From the NCBI GenBank assembly GCA_000165425.1, contig CT868496.1, positions 1 through 64,000 on the forward strand: DNA of 64,000 nucleotides. The letters are read 5' to 3'. The notes under the pieces were generated by a model. It had not been told where the DNA came from. It worked only from the letters and a program-made list of their open reading frames with translations, and did no database searches. Within the stretch, counting starts at the first letter, position 1, and every line of letters starts with the position of its first letter. The translations under genes and the position numbers were made by a program. Shown here piece by piece: positions 28,153 to 39,712 of the stretch. The stretch comes from Paramecium tetraurelia. Lineage: Eukaryota.

Positions 28153-31004
28153 TCATGAAAATTACTTCTCCTTTTGAGTGACTTCGTTCAATACTACTTC
28201 ATAATTATCATTCCATCTCTAAGAACTAAACTCTTATTCCACTCTGCTCTAATTTCATACTCATAAATATATTACTCGCTTTTATTCATTCATTATGATC
28301 TGACTTGGTTACAGAAACTGAGACTGCTAATAAGACTGTCTCTATTACACACTCGTATACTCAATAGGTCTTGATGAATAAGAGCTGTATTCATTTATCT
28401 TCGGTTGAACTGAACTATACTCAATGGTCTTCGTTTATTGAGTCATCTATGGGTAAATTGCCTTCGAATCCTGCGTATATTATTATTAAGTAGTCACTAT
28501 CTTCTAGCTGGTACTGGTAGTGTGTTCATTTTTTTGGTTCAAGTTCTGAATCTCATAAGTATATTCCCGCTGGACTGATTGTCGCTCCTCCAATTGAGAT
28601 TTGAATTGTTCTATTAATAATTACTATTCCTCATATCTCTTTGATAACCATTGATTATCCGAAGCTTAAACTAGTAATCTATCGATCTCACTTCTCAACT
28701 CAACAATCTAATTATAATTATTGATTCATACAGTTTTTTATAATCTCTTGATTTCTAATTTCAAAACCTCTGATTGTTCATTATCTTGATATTGATTCAA
28801 AGTAATTTAAATAGTCTCGTAACTCTATTACAACGATATGTATCTCTATTCGATTTGTTCATATCTAATTTTCCATTGGTTCACCTCCTCATTTATCTAG
28901 TACCTCTACCTTTGTTCCAATTATTCATACTTCTCTCTCCACTATTAAATCTGTTACTTAAGACCCTCATTATTGTCAATATTAATCTGATAACTTGAAA
29001 TTCTCTATTGATAAGTAATCATTTCGGATCTATACTAATCAGACTCCAATTAAATTTATCTGATTCGATCCTCCTTCTATTGCAACAAGACCTCCAATTC
29101 CCTTATCTTAAACTAATAGACCTCGTATTAAGATTGTTCTGCCTTCATCTCCTCAATTCTTCGTTTCAATTGGAAAGTCAATTGCTATTCCTACTCATAC
29201 TGCAACTTAAGATCGGATATCTACTTCTTAAGAAAAGTTATTTATTCATTATTGGATTCCAATTGGTAGATCTTTCTAGTGTATTACTCGATATCAGCAT
29301 TTGCTCTTCTTAATTGGTCTTTGAGTTGTTCAATTTATATTAGGTAGTTTTCACTATCTGATTTTCTTGACTCAAATGAGTATATTCTAGTTTAGTACTG
29401 TTCTATTTAAATTCTGGTTGTTTCAATTTATTCTTGTAACATGTTGCACCTAGTAGTCATGGATTCTAATTATTGAGTCTTCATTTTTAATAATCTCTCT
29501 GTTTCTGGGTCAGGCTAATAAACTACTTTTGTTTCATATTATATTTCCTTCTAAACTATCTTACTTCTCTCTTCTAAAGAGTAAAATTGATTTTATAATT
29601 GATTATATCTTGATTGCAATTGATTATATTGGTCAATTTTAATTTGTAATTATCTCTCGGTTTCAGGATCTGTTTAATAGATAGTTTTGGTTTCATAAAC
29701 TGTGGTTTATTGTCTCTATTGCAATGTTGTATACTAGTCTTGAATCAATGTGTATCGAGCGTATAGTTCTTCGTATTGTTAGATTTTCTTTTGCAACAAT
29801 TTCTCAGTTTCAGGATCTGACTAGTAAATAACCTTTGTTTCATATTGTATTTCTTTTTACACAATCTTGCTGGTTTCTTGTAGAGTGTAATATTAAGATT
29901 AGAGGAGAGTGTACTTTTGTTTAAGTTCTTAGAGTTATCTTTCTGTTTCAGGATCAGGTTGGTAGATGATTTTAGTTTCATATTGGATTTCTTTTTAATA
30001 CGTTTTTGATTGTTCAGAGATGGTGTAATATTGTGATTGGAGGAGACTGTATTTGCTTTGTAGTTCCCTGAGTTATCTCTCGGTTTCAGGATCAGATTTA
30101 TAAATAGTTGTTACCTCTGTTTTCCTATTCTGTAATTGAGCCTCCATGTTACTTAATTTATAATTCAATCTATCATTGTCTTCCTTATACAGTTCCATTT
30201 CTTGTTTGGCATCATAGAGCTCTTTTTACAATTGCTCCAATTCGCCATCATCATTATTGCCACCTCTCAATTCAATTTGATCTTGATTTTCTTAAATCTA
30301 TTTGATGTTGGTTTCAAGGGATTGGATTTCATTTTCCTTTTGATTGAGTTTATTTTTCAAATCGTTGATCTCCTTCAGATACTTATCTGAGTTATCAATC
30401 ACTTTTGGCTTGGAAAGATCCTAGATATGGTGGATATTCGTACTTATTAAATAGCCATATATTGTCTTTTCCAGATTTCAATTTCTTGACTCTTGTCCAC
30501 CAAGAACTTGCTCATCTTGTTCATCTCATCCAGTAATTACTCGATCTTTGCATCCTATTGCTTTAGCTAATTTCAAATAAAATTAACTATTACTTTTTGA
30601 TCCTTATTCAAACAATCAGGGCAATATTAGGGAGCATACTTCTAAGGGGGTGGAGGAGGAGGTGTTGTTTTTACAGGTTGGGCAGGTTGATTATGCTTTC
30701 TCACTTTAACTATAAATTTATGTGTCATATTGGCTCCTTCTGGTAGGGCTGAGAGACCATGCAAAATCTCACCGTTTTCCAACTTTCTCTAAATTTCACT
30801 TATTTCCTCGGGAGTTAGTTACTCAAGTTATTGGCTAACAGCTTGTCTCTAACTGTTCGGCTACTGTTAAACTAGATCATTCATGAATTTCATTTGAGAA
30901 TTTGAAAATTAAGATGGTGCACCAGTTGGTCTGTATGATTGTCCTTAGGCTGGAGGGATTAAGACTGCAGATCCAGGACGAGGTACTGAACTTGATCGAT
31001 CCAT
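28153..31004 (-). CDS. Coiled-coil protein with internal ETKVIYQxDPETER repeats, probably cortical cytoskeleton
   Basis: MDRSSSVPRPG..., poly-Pro stretch, CPDC, long coiled coil with five repeats, Ser/Gln-rich tail. At least one intron near 30569-30595. Confidence 0.85.
29490..30120 (-). repeat. Five copies of a coding repeat (~138-159 nt) built around xTK(V/I/T)(I/V)YxxDPETE(R/K)
   Basis: GTTTCAGGATC on + near 29660, 29807, 29945 and 30083, with a variant GTTTCTGGGTC near 29501. Confidence 0.85.
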
Positions 31005-31024
31005 TTGTTAATTTATTTAATTAA

Positions 31025-32776
31025 ATGTAAAGACAAGTTTATATCAGTCCTGAGAGAATGGTCGTTGAAAAACTAGAAAAGTATCCAGCTCCCAATGCAG
31101 ACCCGAATTTCGATCACTGTATTGTAGTTGATAAAATGATCAATAGCGCGATTCCAAGAGATAGAAGCTGAATTCAGAGCCTTAGATATCGACCAAAGTG
31201 GATGGCTGTCCTTGGCTGAATTGGAGTTGCATCTCAAGAGAAAGGGCTGTGATCAGCATTTGATCCAAGAGATCTTCAACGACCTAAACACTAACCAGGA
31301 TTAGAAGATTTCAAAGGATGAGTTCACACATGGATATCTGAACAAAGAATCCAATCTCAAAGAAGAAATCAAATAGATCGAAATCAAAATCAAACACCTC
31401 AGATCCCTAGAAGATGATATCAAATCCAAAGTCACTTAAACCAACTGTTCTCAACTCATACTCACCCTGCAATCAGGATGTCTAAGCTAATTGTACCACT
31501 CCAAAGATGATCTTGTCAAGGCATACAAACAAATCGAAGTCATCTTCCATTGCAACGAAGCTTAGGATGGCTTCGAGAGAATAAGCAAACCAAGTCTCAA
31601 TTGCGAATTCCCTGTTTGGGGAGACAAATTCAACTACGCCCTCACTCAAGTTTTTGAGATCACAATCTCAATAGAATTAATCGAAATCGATAAATTGGAT
31701 AAGCAATCCTTAGGCAAAATCATTCTCAAAAAGAGCTTGAATTCTGAATTTGACAAACAAGAAAAAATCTATTTTGAAAATGTTGGAGAAGTCATTCTTT
31801 AAATTCAATTTATTAAAGATTGGGTAAGAGTTATTATCTTAAATAGAATGAATCAGTTTAATTTTAAGTTTCTTTTTATGAAAACTGTATTAACTAATAT
31901 TTGGAAGAAATCAAACAAATTAAGAAGAAACTATTCTTTATGAAACAACTCTACACTAACAACAGTAATATTCATTATAAAAGTCTCAAACTTAAGGAAT
32001 CCTAACCATAATCTGTCAGATTATCCCAACTCTAAGACACAACCCAAAGAAACACTCAATTCCCATAAATTCCAATCTACTTAACTCATCAAATGGTTTA
32101 AGAAATACACGTGATTAATTCACTTAAACCCCAGAATCAACTATCTCATAGTAAAATATTCTAAGAGAATCAACTGGCAACCAGTTTGCAACATAAATCA
32201 TTGTATAATCCTGCATTATAGCTTTCTCTACAATAACAAATCCCTGTCCCTGTTCAACAAGACAAAAACATAAAATCCTATAAAACCGATTTAAAATAAG
32301 CTGACTCTATTTAGATTGATTACACAATTCAAACTAGTATTATTGATGCATTCAATCAATTTAATCATAATCAATCAGAACCAGAGGAATTAGGTGTTGA
32401 TTTATAAACATTTGGTAATGACGAAAGATATAAAATGATATATCCTTTAATCGGTCTGATTACCCTGAATATCGCATACTCTAGATGTGACTTTTTAGGT
32501 CTTCTGCTGGTGTTGTTGACAATACCTTATCAGAAAAAGAAATGGAATACTTAATAAGTAAACTTTTATTCGATTGGAATGATGATTTCTGCAATTATGG
32601 ATTTCTATTGGTATATATCATCTCTATTGCTAAGGCTCTTTAAGTTTTCAAATTGTTTTTCTGAATCTTATCAATGCAATAATTAATATGGATTTGTCTT
32701 AGCCATCTATTTCTTTTGTTTTCTTGCAATCCTAGGAAAACTCTACACAACCTATAAAATACGTTCCTATTAATGA
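31025..32776 (+). CDS. EF-hand pair, coiled coil, C2-like domain and C-terminal TM segments
   Basis: FRALDIDQSGWLSLAEL and FNDLNTNQDQKISKDEF loops; PVWGDKF...LGKIIL C2-like strands; hydrophobic C-terminal helices; three short introns. Confidence 0.8.
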
Positions 32777-32877
32777 TGAACTTTTTAATATATATTTATA
32801 TATGCTATATGGAGTAGTATATATTAAACTATAGTACATTATTAATTTGGTATTCAATAATTAAAGAATAATTAAAT

Positions 32878-34215
32878 ATGTAAGAATAAAACATAAGATT
32901 TTCACAATTTCATATATCTCATCCAATTCCAGGCGAGAACGACATTCAGAATGTTTTCGAATCTTTCATTGCTGAGTATAAGAATTTTAGAAATAATGTG
33001 CCTGTTGGATGCATTACAGACAAATGCTCATCGAAGTAACAGGAGAGGATCGACTTGAGTGTTTTCTGTGGAGCTGGAGGATATCTTTATTTGTATTTGA
33101 GGATATATGAGTTTGTTTCAAGTTTAAGTCCTGAATTGTAGTAATAATGTACTCAAGGATTGACTGACTAAGAGTTGTCAGAGTTTTATAATCCGGAGAC
33201 ATTTCTATAAATGGCATTGCAATAATATCAGGCTATACAGGCTTCAATAAAGGCTGATGACAATATCTCCTTCTTCATGAGCAACTCTGCTATTTCTTTA
33301 TTGGGGGCTGATATGTTTTTTTATATGAAAGACAAGGAGAATTTTAAAAGATGTGTGACTGAAGTATTGAATCAATTCGGAGATATTGTGGCTTAACCAA
33401 AGAAATACGAACAAGAATTGTTGTATGGTGTTCCAGGATACCTTTATTCTTTGTTGTGGTTGCACAAGAAATATTCAAATGAAAAAGATCAATTTTAATT
33501 GGACTTGTCTTCTCACATTCACACCATTTGTTAGGTGATACTTAAGTTTGTTGGGAATGGTGTAATGAAATGCTAATTTAGCAATAGATAGTATTATGGA
33601 GCAGCTCATGGAATATTGGGTGTAATTTAAATGCTTCTTTTGAGTTATGAGTCATGTAAGGTATATTTTCATTTGAAAGATGAATAGGGATTGCTTTAAA
33701 TGTTGGAATCCATTTAAGTCACATTGGATCATCTAATTAAAATCTATTATTAAAATGGCAACATTCCATCCTCAGCCTAAAATGAGAAGAATTTGAGATT
33801 GTTTTAGTTCTGTCACGGAATACCAGGAGCCTTTGCTCCAATTTTAAAAGCTTATTAGATATTCAATAAGTAGGATTATTTGGATGCAGCGATACACATG
33901 AGTGAGACTCTCTTCAAGTATGGGATGATTAAGAAAGGCTATGGATTGTGTCATGGAATACCAGGGAACAGTTATGGATTTATGCAATTGTATAGATTAA
34001 CTGGGAGTGAGAAGTTGAGGTAGTATGCTTTCTAATTTTTACAATACAAGAAGAATCCTCATGTGTACAATGAAATAAAGAATTTCCCATTTAAGGACAG
34101 ATTCAATATTGGCATTTCTGATAATCCTTTTAGTTTGATGATGGGAAGTATTGGAGACATGTGTGCAATGATGGATTTCATAAATTATAAGAGAATGCCA
34201 GGATATGAAATTTGA
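32878..34215 (+). CDS. LANCL: LanC-like protein (LANCL)
   Basis: Intronless 445 aa. ELLYG.PGYL, YGAAHG, FCHG.PG, GLCHG..GN, PFSLMMG and MPGYEI* motifs. Confidence 0.93.
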
Positions 34216-34231
34216 TTAATATTTTTAATGA

Positions 34232-35501
34232 TCATTCATAATTAATTCTCACATTTATTGTTTTATTTTTATCAAAGGCCTTGAGTGCAGTTTACACATC
34301 AATGAGTTGTTCATCGATTAATTCCTAGAAGGTCTTTTCTAGAATGTGATCAAATCCCTATTTCCTTCTGATGTTGTTAGTAATCAATGTTTATCCCTTG
34401 CTACAGAGTTCAATGTCTGGTGGTAATTGTGTCAATAGAACAGAAATCTTATCAGTCCGTTTTACTAGAATCTCCAAAGTTTAGATAGAGCATTCAGTAC
34501 ATTCCTCTAATCTTTCCTGTTGTATGACATTGATGCCCACTCCGGTCTAATGATTTTGACCATACCATTGGATGTAGTTGTTTAATTGACTTCCATTTCC
34601 AGTCAAGATTTTAAAGCATTCAACAGTGCAAATCGAAGCAATAAGAGCATTTGTCGAGGCAACTGCAGGAATGATGTTCTTGACAACGCCCAAAGTCAGT
34701 TTATATGTGACTCCTTCAATGTTGAATTGCTTAGATCTTTCGAGTGCCTTTTGGTAAATCCAATTCATGTGATCAAAATTGTCTTTATCCAATTTGACGT
34801 TGGGTTATTCTTTGGACCATAAGACTTCATAAGCATAGGCGATGCAATGTTCTGGCAGTCTTGGAGTGGAGGCGATTGTACACATTTAATATTGCAATTA
34901 TTTGGGGAGTTGACTTAGAGTGCATTCGTAACAGGCTGTTTCAAAAGGAGAGATCACTCTGGCCTATCCATTTAAGCCTTCAGTTCCTCCATCTATTAAA
35001 TAGTGACGAGTATCATCAATGACTTTATCATTTTCATCTCTCTGCACCATTTGAATGACAACCCTATTGATCCATCTTCTGGCTTCGACGTTGTCCAGTC
35101 CAGCAATAATCACTGGGAATTCGGAATAAAAACTAATTGGGAACTCTTAGATCTGCAAATAGCATTTAAATAGCTACCTTTTTTGTATAGGGTATCACTT
35201 TGCAAGTGGGAATCCTCTTCATAATGAATTCAGCTGCCACTTCAGCCTTATATTTGCCAACATCTTTCATCCTAAATAAAAACTATCTATTCAAATTTGT
35301 TAGATCAATTGTATCCAAATCAATCACATGAATCTCTTTGATTCCACTAAGGGCCAGAGTCTTCAAAATTTCACAGCCTAGACCTCCAGCTCCTATAACG
35401 AGCACTTTTTAGGTGGCCAAGGCTTCGATCATGACTTGTCCACGGTATTCATTGTAGAGATCCTTGGATAAGGGACTGAATGTATTTAAGATAGAATTCA
35501 T
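34232..35501 (-). CDS. UBA3: NEDD8-activating enzyme E1 catalytic subunit
   Basis: [45 protein letters not shown], catalytic [28 protein letters not shown]. Confidence 0.95.
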
Positions 35502-35525
35502 AAATTATTAAATTAAGTAACATTA

Positions 35526-35909
35526 TCATTTGTTCTATTTCCTTAACAATTCATATTTTCGTATACAAAACATGGACTCAACTCCTGCGTCATTTATTTT
35601 GTTTCTGTATGTGAAGGGATAGGCAGCGTAATGAGTGATAGCAGACTGATATTCGGAATTGTTGTTTCTCTTTCTCAGAATCTTCCGGGGTTGGGAAGAC
35701 TCAATTTAGCCTTTGCCGTTGATACAGAAGTGCAATTGTTCGGATTTCTTCTTGACGAGAGGGGAGAGAATCTGTTTTTTTGAATTGGGTTGGGAGAGCA
35801 CAAAAGTTCTTTTAGCATCCACAGTAATCGACTTGAGTCTGAGTTGTTGGACAACCGAGCGATGCTTTTATTTGAGGGTGGGCGAATAGGAATGCGGGTA
35901 TTAATTCAT
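35526..35909 (-). CDS. Small basic hypothetical protein
   Basis: ORF MNQYPHSYSPTLKQKHRSVV...; a terminal intron is possible. Confidence 0.65.
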
Positions 35910-35941
35910 TATTAATATTAATCTATGGTTTTTCATATTTA

Positions 35942-37181
35942 TCAAATCTTATCACCAGCAGCTTATCTTAAGGCAAGCTATTCTCTAAGAGTTCTTAAAG
36001 CTTTGTTGACTAAACCAATTGTATCAGATACGACTTGTCTATCAGAATCTCTATGATAGATTATTAAATTAAGATAGATACCTGGCAGATCTGGCATCAG
36101 CATAGTCTTTGGCAGCTTCTTCACATTGAGTCCATCTGTCGGTTCTTCTCTCATGGAGTAATTCAAGTCTTTGATTGGTGTTATCCAAGGAGGCTTCAAC
36201 TTGTCTGATGATATCTGAAACACTTGCGAAATCAGATTCAGCATTTGCTAATTCAGATCCAGCCACTGTGAGGGCGATGACCAAGAATTTTCTTGTCTTG
36301 TTGTAGGCTTCGACTCTCTTGTCTTCTGCAAATCTTTGTAAACTCAAGGAATCACTAACTTCATTGATTAATCTGTCGAATAAATCAACGACTCTAGAAT
36401 CATTTAGATAAGTTCTTACTTTTGAATTGTGCTGTCATCAAACTTAGCCTTGCTTGAAATTTGACTCAATAATTTCATGACTGGAACATATCTCAACATG
36501 TGTTTTGAGTGTGACAATTTTCTCTATGATTCCTTGATGTGCTTCTAGAACAATGAAATGTGTTCTGATGACAATTCCTTGACTTATTGGGTTGCTTTCT
36601 TTTAAACTAAGGAGGAGGTGGCTTCGACATTGGCTTTAATGATGTTTCTGGCTTCGGTCAAAACGGCAATGGCTGTGTTGTGATCAGCTGCAATTTCTTC
36701 GAAATCGGCATGTTGGGCAGCTCTTTCAGCATCCAACTCATCGATTTCCTTTTGATATCCTAAAACCCTTAGAATTGTTTTAAATACCTTTGACTTCTGC
36801 TTTCTTTGCTGTGACCAATCCTGTGATGATTGCTCTTCTTGGATACAAGTCACCTTCAAGTCTGGCTTCGAGGGAGATTCTCTCAGAGTCAGTGTTTGCA
36901 ATGTCTTTATCATAAGCTGATATGTCGACATTGCATGAATCTTGGAATTCTCTGTTCTCAGCGTCGTCCTCTCTCTATTCCTATTAATATCTGTCTTCCA
37001 AGTCTGATAGGGTGTTCAACAATCTGTCTAAGGGATCTCCTGTTTCCAATTGGAGGTAGATTGTGTCGAATAAGGTTCTTCCAAATGGTGTGGCATCAAT
37101 CCTATGAATCAATTAGATGTATTCAGTTTCTGTTGTGGCAAATGCTGCACAGGCAAGAACTAATAACAATATCGTTTTCAT
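35942..37181 (-). CDS. Trichocyst matrix protein precursor, T2 family
   Basis: Signal peptide followed by PFGRTLFDTIYLQLETGDPLDRLLNTLSDLEDRY, the recalled T2-type junction. Two short introns. Confidence 0.92.
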
Positions 37182-37193
37182 TAAATAAAATAT

Positions 37194-37212
37194 TATCTTC
37201 CTGTATTCTCAT
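37194..37212 (-). promoter_or_regulatory. Candidate TMP promoter element ATGAGAATACAGGAAGATA
   Basis: 16/19 identical to 38357-38375, in the same orientation relative to each TMP gene. Confidence 0.4.
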
Positions 37213-37579
37213 TGTGATCATTTCATCGATTAGCCGTTTTGAATTTATTGCAGATTATACTACACACAAACGGATTACGAAATAAATATATTATTAAATA
37301 TTCTCGTCATCTCAACCTTCACCTACTGTCCTAATAAACTATCCCTCTTTTGCCTTCCAGTTATCAAAACAACCTTCTAATTTATTTTGAAAACCCTTCA
37401 CCGTCCAAATTTCTCTGATTTTTTCTGTGTTAATTTAATCTTATAATAGTATCAGAAATCTATTATTATAAATAGAAATATTTTAAAATGCTAGAATTAC
37501 CCAGATATTAGTCGAGAATTGATTGAGCACAATTAATATTCTAAACAAATATTTAAATAGCAAAATTTAATTCTTTTAG

Positions 37580-38275
37580 ATGCAGCAATCAATACAAGAG
37601 AGGTATTTGGAGTTGTTAAAGAAATTTAAGGAAGAGCAAAGCGAAATAATCGCCAACATCAAGGAATTGATTTAAGAGAAGGATGTTGATTTGGAAGGAT
37701 TCAGGGAATAAATTTTAAATATACTCTAATTGTAATTCAAAGGATAGAAGTTGCTATTTGCAACACAAACAAGAATAGCTAATGAGCTTAAAGAGTTTAA
37801 TTCCCAAAAATTAGATCACATCAAAGTATACAGACTGAAATTCGATGATTGTCTATTAAGCAACATCTTAATTATACTCATGAAGGGCTAAGTGGGAACT
37901 CCCTATGAAGGCGGCATCTATAGCTTTATTTTGAAGTTCCCTGAGAACTTTCCATTTGCTACTCCTGAGTTCAGAGCACTGCTTCCCATCAAACATCCCC
38001 ACATCTATCCTAACCTGAGACTCTGTACTCCTACAATCAACGAGTATTACGAAATCCAATAGTACAGTCTCCTGGAATTACTCTAATCGTGGTATGCTAT
38101 TTTACATAGAGAACCAAATAAGTTTTCCTTAGCTAATTGCGAAGCTGCTGAACAATATACTGATGAATTCATAAAACTCTAGGCAGAATTCAGTTCCATG
38201 GAAAACCCAGTTATGAAGTTGTTCAAGATTTAAGATCATGACGAAGAGGAATTAGAATTGTTTATGAGCCTTTGA
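37580..38275 (+). CDS. Ubiquitin-conjugating enzyme (E2) with N-terminal helical extension
   Basis: RIANEL, GTPYEGG, FPENFPF..P, HPHIYPNLRLC with the catalytic Cys retained, EP....AN.EAA. Confidence 0.9.
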
Positions 38276-38356
38276 TATTTTATGAGAATTGTATTCATAG
38301 TTTATGTGATATCCCCAATCTTACTCTGATTACAGACTACTCCATTTTCATCCATT

Positions 38357-38375
38357 ATGGGAATATAGGAAGTTA
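38357..38375 (+). promoter_or_regulatory. Candidate TMP promoter element ATGGGAATATAGGAAGTTA
   Basis: Matches the element upstream of the T2 gene at 16 of 19 positions. Confidence 0.4.
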
Positions 38376-38420
38376 TTAAATACATAATTCGTTTTTGAAA
38401 AACATTATTAAAATAAAATA

Positions 38421-39626
38421 ATGAAGCACATTCTTGTGTTGGCTTTGATCGCATTCACATATGCTACGACCTTGACAGAGATGTCAGACAGACTTTCTCA
38501 ATATGGAGATCATCCCTTCGGAAAGTCTATGGTCAATCTGGTTACTGTTAACATGAAAACTGGTGGTTCCCTCAATGAATTGAAATAACTCTTACAACAA
38601 ATCAAGGACGAACTCATCGCTCTCACTCAATTGCAAGATTCAGAAAATGCCACTTTCACTCGCAGAAGTCAAGTTGATTTGGCTAAATTACAAGCCACCC
38701 TTGAATAAGCATCAGCTGATTTAGACAACCAAAGACAAGAGCAATCAAGCTTGAGCAACGAATTGGCTACTCTGTAAACTAGAGTGAAGGAGGGTATTCA
38801 TATAATTTTTATATTTGCAGATCAAGCCGCTTTGGACAGAAACGGTAGAGGAAGTGGCGATGCTCAATCCAGACTTGATGCTGAAAATGCTGACTTTGCT
38901 ACCAAGTACTCCGATTACAATGACGCCATCTTAGCATGTAAGGAAGCACAAAGATTACTATTGAACTTAAGAGGTGAAGGAGCATCTTTAATTTAACTTA
39001 CGTATCCCTCCTCTTTAAATACCAATTTAGTTAAGATACAAAGAGCAACCTCATCTAAACCAAGGAGAACTTCTAAAAGATCAAAGAAATATTGGAAGCT
39101 CACACCAAAAAGAGCTCTTTGACCCTCTTCCAACCCATCATTGAAGGACTCGCTGAAATGACCACCAAAGTCAATCCAGAAACCTTGAACAATGTCCTTA
39201 GTTTGGTCGCTCGTCTTATCACAGCTCTTCAAGAAGGTCAAGATCAATTGGAGTCAAATCACAAAACTCAAGTAAATCCATGCAATTCATATTAACAAGG
39301 TTGAGAATTTAACCAGGTTGGGTGATGATTTGAAAAATGAAAAGTAAACCTTATAAGTTTCATTTGGCTACTGCTAACAATAGACTCAAGGAGATTTAAT
39401 CAAGATTGAACGAATTAGACGGATTGATCAACATCTCAAATGCTTTAGTTGAGGTCACACAATTAAACATTCAAGATGCCACCAAGATCAATGAATTGGA
39501 AGATGCAGAATACAGTAATTAAAAAGTCAGCAGGTATCCCTTCTTATCCTATTTCTCTATAGATAAACTGAAATCGATATAGTTGATAGATTAATTGAAT
39601 ACATCAATTAAAAATTGTCAGAGTGA
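38421..39626 (+). CDS. Trichocyst matrix protein precursor with an apparent +1 frameshift near 39364
   Basis: Signal peptide, HPFGKSMVNL...KTGGSLNELKQLL, GASLIQ processing region, four short introns. The frame breaks at CATTTGG. Confidence 0.88.
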
Positions 39627-39712
39627 TTCCATACAATTATATCAAAAATATCATTATTAATTATAATGTTGTTTTACAAGAAATAAAAGTTATAAAATAA
39701 AGCAGTCAAAAC

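Noticed and set aside
32878..34215. LanC-like gene as part of a lanthipeptide cluster or a horizontal transfer
   Set aside because: No dehydratase, precursor or transporter nearby. Stand-alone LANCL is widespread in eukaryotes, and the gene uses TAA/TAG as Gln.
37296..37325. GTCATCTCAACCTTCACC, reminiscent of ciliate telomerase RNA
   Set aside because: No C4-containing template and no recognisable Pol III gene layout; probably a chance similarity.
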